In this document: positions 62,864-64,000 of the stretch, one piece after another
Position numbering within the stretch: position 1 is the first letter of the stretch
Layout of the letters: every line of letters begins with the position of its first letter
NCBI GenBank assembly: GCA_965237525.1
Contig: CBDEFO010000004.1
Coordinates: 160,001 to 224,000, forward strand
Length of the DNA: 64,000 bases
Reading direction: 5' to 3'
From: Candidatus Latescibacterota bacterium
Lineage (GTDB): Bacteria > Latescibacterota > CBDEFO01
The notes under the pieces: generated by a model
What the model was told of the DNA's origin: nothing
The model's database searches: none
Seen by the model: only the letters and a program-made list of their open reading frames with translations
Made by a program: the position numbers and the translations under genes

Positions 62864-63559
62864 CTACTTCTTCTTGGGAGAAAAGCTGAAGTCCATTTTT
62901 ACCTCGCCCGTCGCAGGGACGGTCGCATCCTTGGATATTGTACGCAGCTCTTCGTGCCAGGCTGTGAGCTTATAGCTCCCTTCTGGAACGTCGGCAATCT
63001 TGAACGCCCCTTTGTCGTTTGATATGGCAAAATAGGGGTTTTCAAGGACTACAATGTAGGCGTTCATCCACTTGTGGATGTCACATGCAAACTTAATCAC
63101 CTCAGGATCGTAAACCTCGTAGGGCAAAGACATGTCCTTTTCGGGCATCGCCCAGTTTATGGCCTCGTTCTCTTCGGCGTTCGCGCGGACATTGTGGTTA
63201 ACAGGGTCACTCGTATGTATATTGACTATCGTCCCTGCCAGTACAGGAAGCACGTGAGGATGATACTGACAGCTTCTCTGATCGAGCGTGGGCCCTTCTT
63301 CGTCCTCGGGCGGCTCGAACTCGCCTTCGACGCCTTCCACGTAGATCACTATGTTCTTTATACCCTTGCACTTCTTGTCTACTACCAGATTCTCCGATGC
63401 CTGCGTGCCGAAATGATCCATGCAGAACTGATCCTTGTCAGCCTTTACCGTCTGGGCTTTCGGAAGGTCGCCGCTGAACGTGACGCTTCCCACAATCGTA
63501 CCAGCCCAGGCAGAGTTGAAAGTCAACAGAACAGAAGCAATGATTATTAATGTTTTCAT
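62864..63559 (-). CDS. exported cupredoxin-like / carboxypeptidase-regulatory-like domain protein (paralog)
   Basis: DQRSCQY.PH, HNVR, CDIHKWM and AWHE. Confidence 0.8.
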   Translation of the reverse strand: MKTLIIIASVLLTFNSAWAGTIVGSVTFSGDLPKAQTVKADKDQFCMDHFGTQASENLVVDKKCKGIKNIVIYVEGVEGEFEPPEDEEGPTLDQRSCQYHPHVLPVLAGTIVNIHTSDPVNHNVRANAEENEAINWAMPEKDMSLPYEVYDPEVIKFACDIHKWMNAYIVVLENPYFAISNDKGAFKIADVPEGSYKLTAWHEELRTISKDATVPATGEVKMDFSFSPKKK

Positions 63560-63705
63560 TTTACATCTCCGTTGATGAATGATTTTTGTGATGTCGTTCA
63601 ATATTTTCCCGCTGCTGGTCGATCTGAGCGACAGAAAGGAGCGACAGCGTAGCGCGGTCGGGTGAGGGACGCTAGCGGAGAAGTCGCCACCACAAAATCT
63701 CTATT

Positions 63706-64000
63706 TTAAAGGGCAGTTTGTAGCTCCTTTGTTATTATTGGATTTTCAAAATCACTGTTCTTAATAACAATGTCAGCCTGTTCTTTTGGATTTGCTTTTT
63801 TAAAGTACAGTTTTTGTCCAGGTATGTAACGTTGGTTATATCTGTCAGTTATTTCCTGCTCGGCTCCGATATATTCTCTCTCGGTACCTCTTCCTATGGC
63901 ACGTTTGACAGCTATTTTGAAATCTACGTCAATGAATATCTTCAAATCCCAGTATTTGACTAGTTCAGGGCGAAATAAAAAGATTCCCTCCGTAATAAGT
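63706..64000 (-). CDS. uridine kinase-like P-loop protein, 3' part only
   Basis: EGIFLFRPEL..YWDLKIFIDV, RYIPGQKLY and ADIVI.N. Confidence 0.75.
   Translation of the reverse strand, partial: LITEGIFLFRPELVKYWDLKIFIDVDFKIAVKRAIGRGTEREYIGAEQEITDRYNQRYIPGQKLYFKKANPKEQADIVIKNSDFENPIITKELQTAL

Noticed and set aside
1..64000. Genome-wide TGA reassignment (code 4 or 25)
   Set aside because: Many intact genes end in TGA at the expected position (pdxS, dppA, dppB, pgk), and TGG codons are abundant.
1..64000. CRISPR array, rRNA or tRNA genes
   Set aside because: No regularly spaced direct repeats or recognisable RNA genes were seen by eye; small RNAs could have been missed.

Overview
A 64-kb bacterial chromosomal window. 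The gene content suggests an uncultured FCB/PVC-like lineage, but this is inference only. The backbone genes are ltaE, an M20 deacylase, an M23 peptidase, larC, pdxS/pdxT, dppA/B/C, chdC, a K+ channel-DUF4178-DUF350-pspA cluster, two tandem glutamate dehydrogenases, pgk, malic enzyme, an orphan fliO, and a large minus-strand A2-type aa3 cytochrome c oxidase cluster with heme O/A synthases, SCO, DUF420, an ABC transporter, a diheme cytochrome and two cupredoxin-like proteins. Several accessory elements interrupt this backbone. (1) A 3.45-kb IS1595-family element whose inverted repeats enclose a fused restriction-modification gene. (2) A HEPN-MNT pair. (3) A dCTP deaminase plus GNAT-ASCH module inside the dpp operon. 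(4) An AT-rich SNF2 helicase. (5) An integrase-less array of gene cassettes with atypical attC-like sites and an attI-like leader, between ctaE and ctaF. Features the ORF track misses include an AhpD-like gene with an in-frame TGA in a CxxU motif plus a SECIS-like hairpin (probable selenoprotein), and a 23-26 bp palindrome family present in at least 7 copies, two of them translated in frame inside unrelated proteins. Many genes carry indels, often at homopolymers, so some pseudogene calls may be long-read consensus errors.
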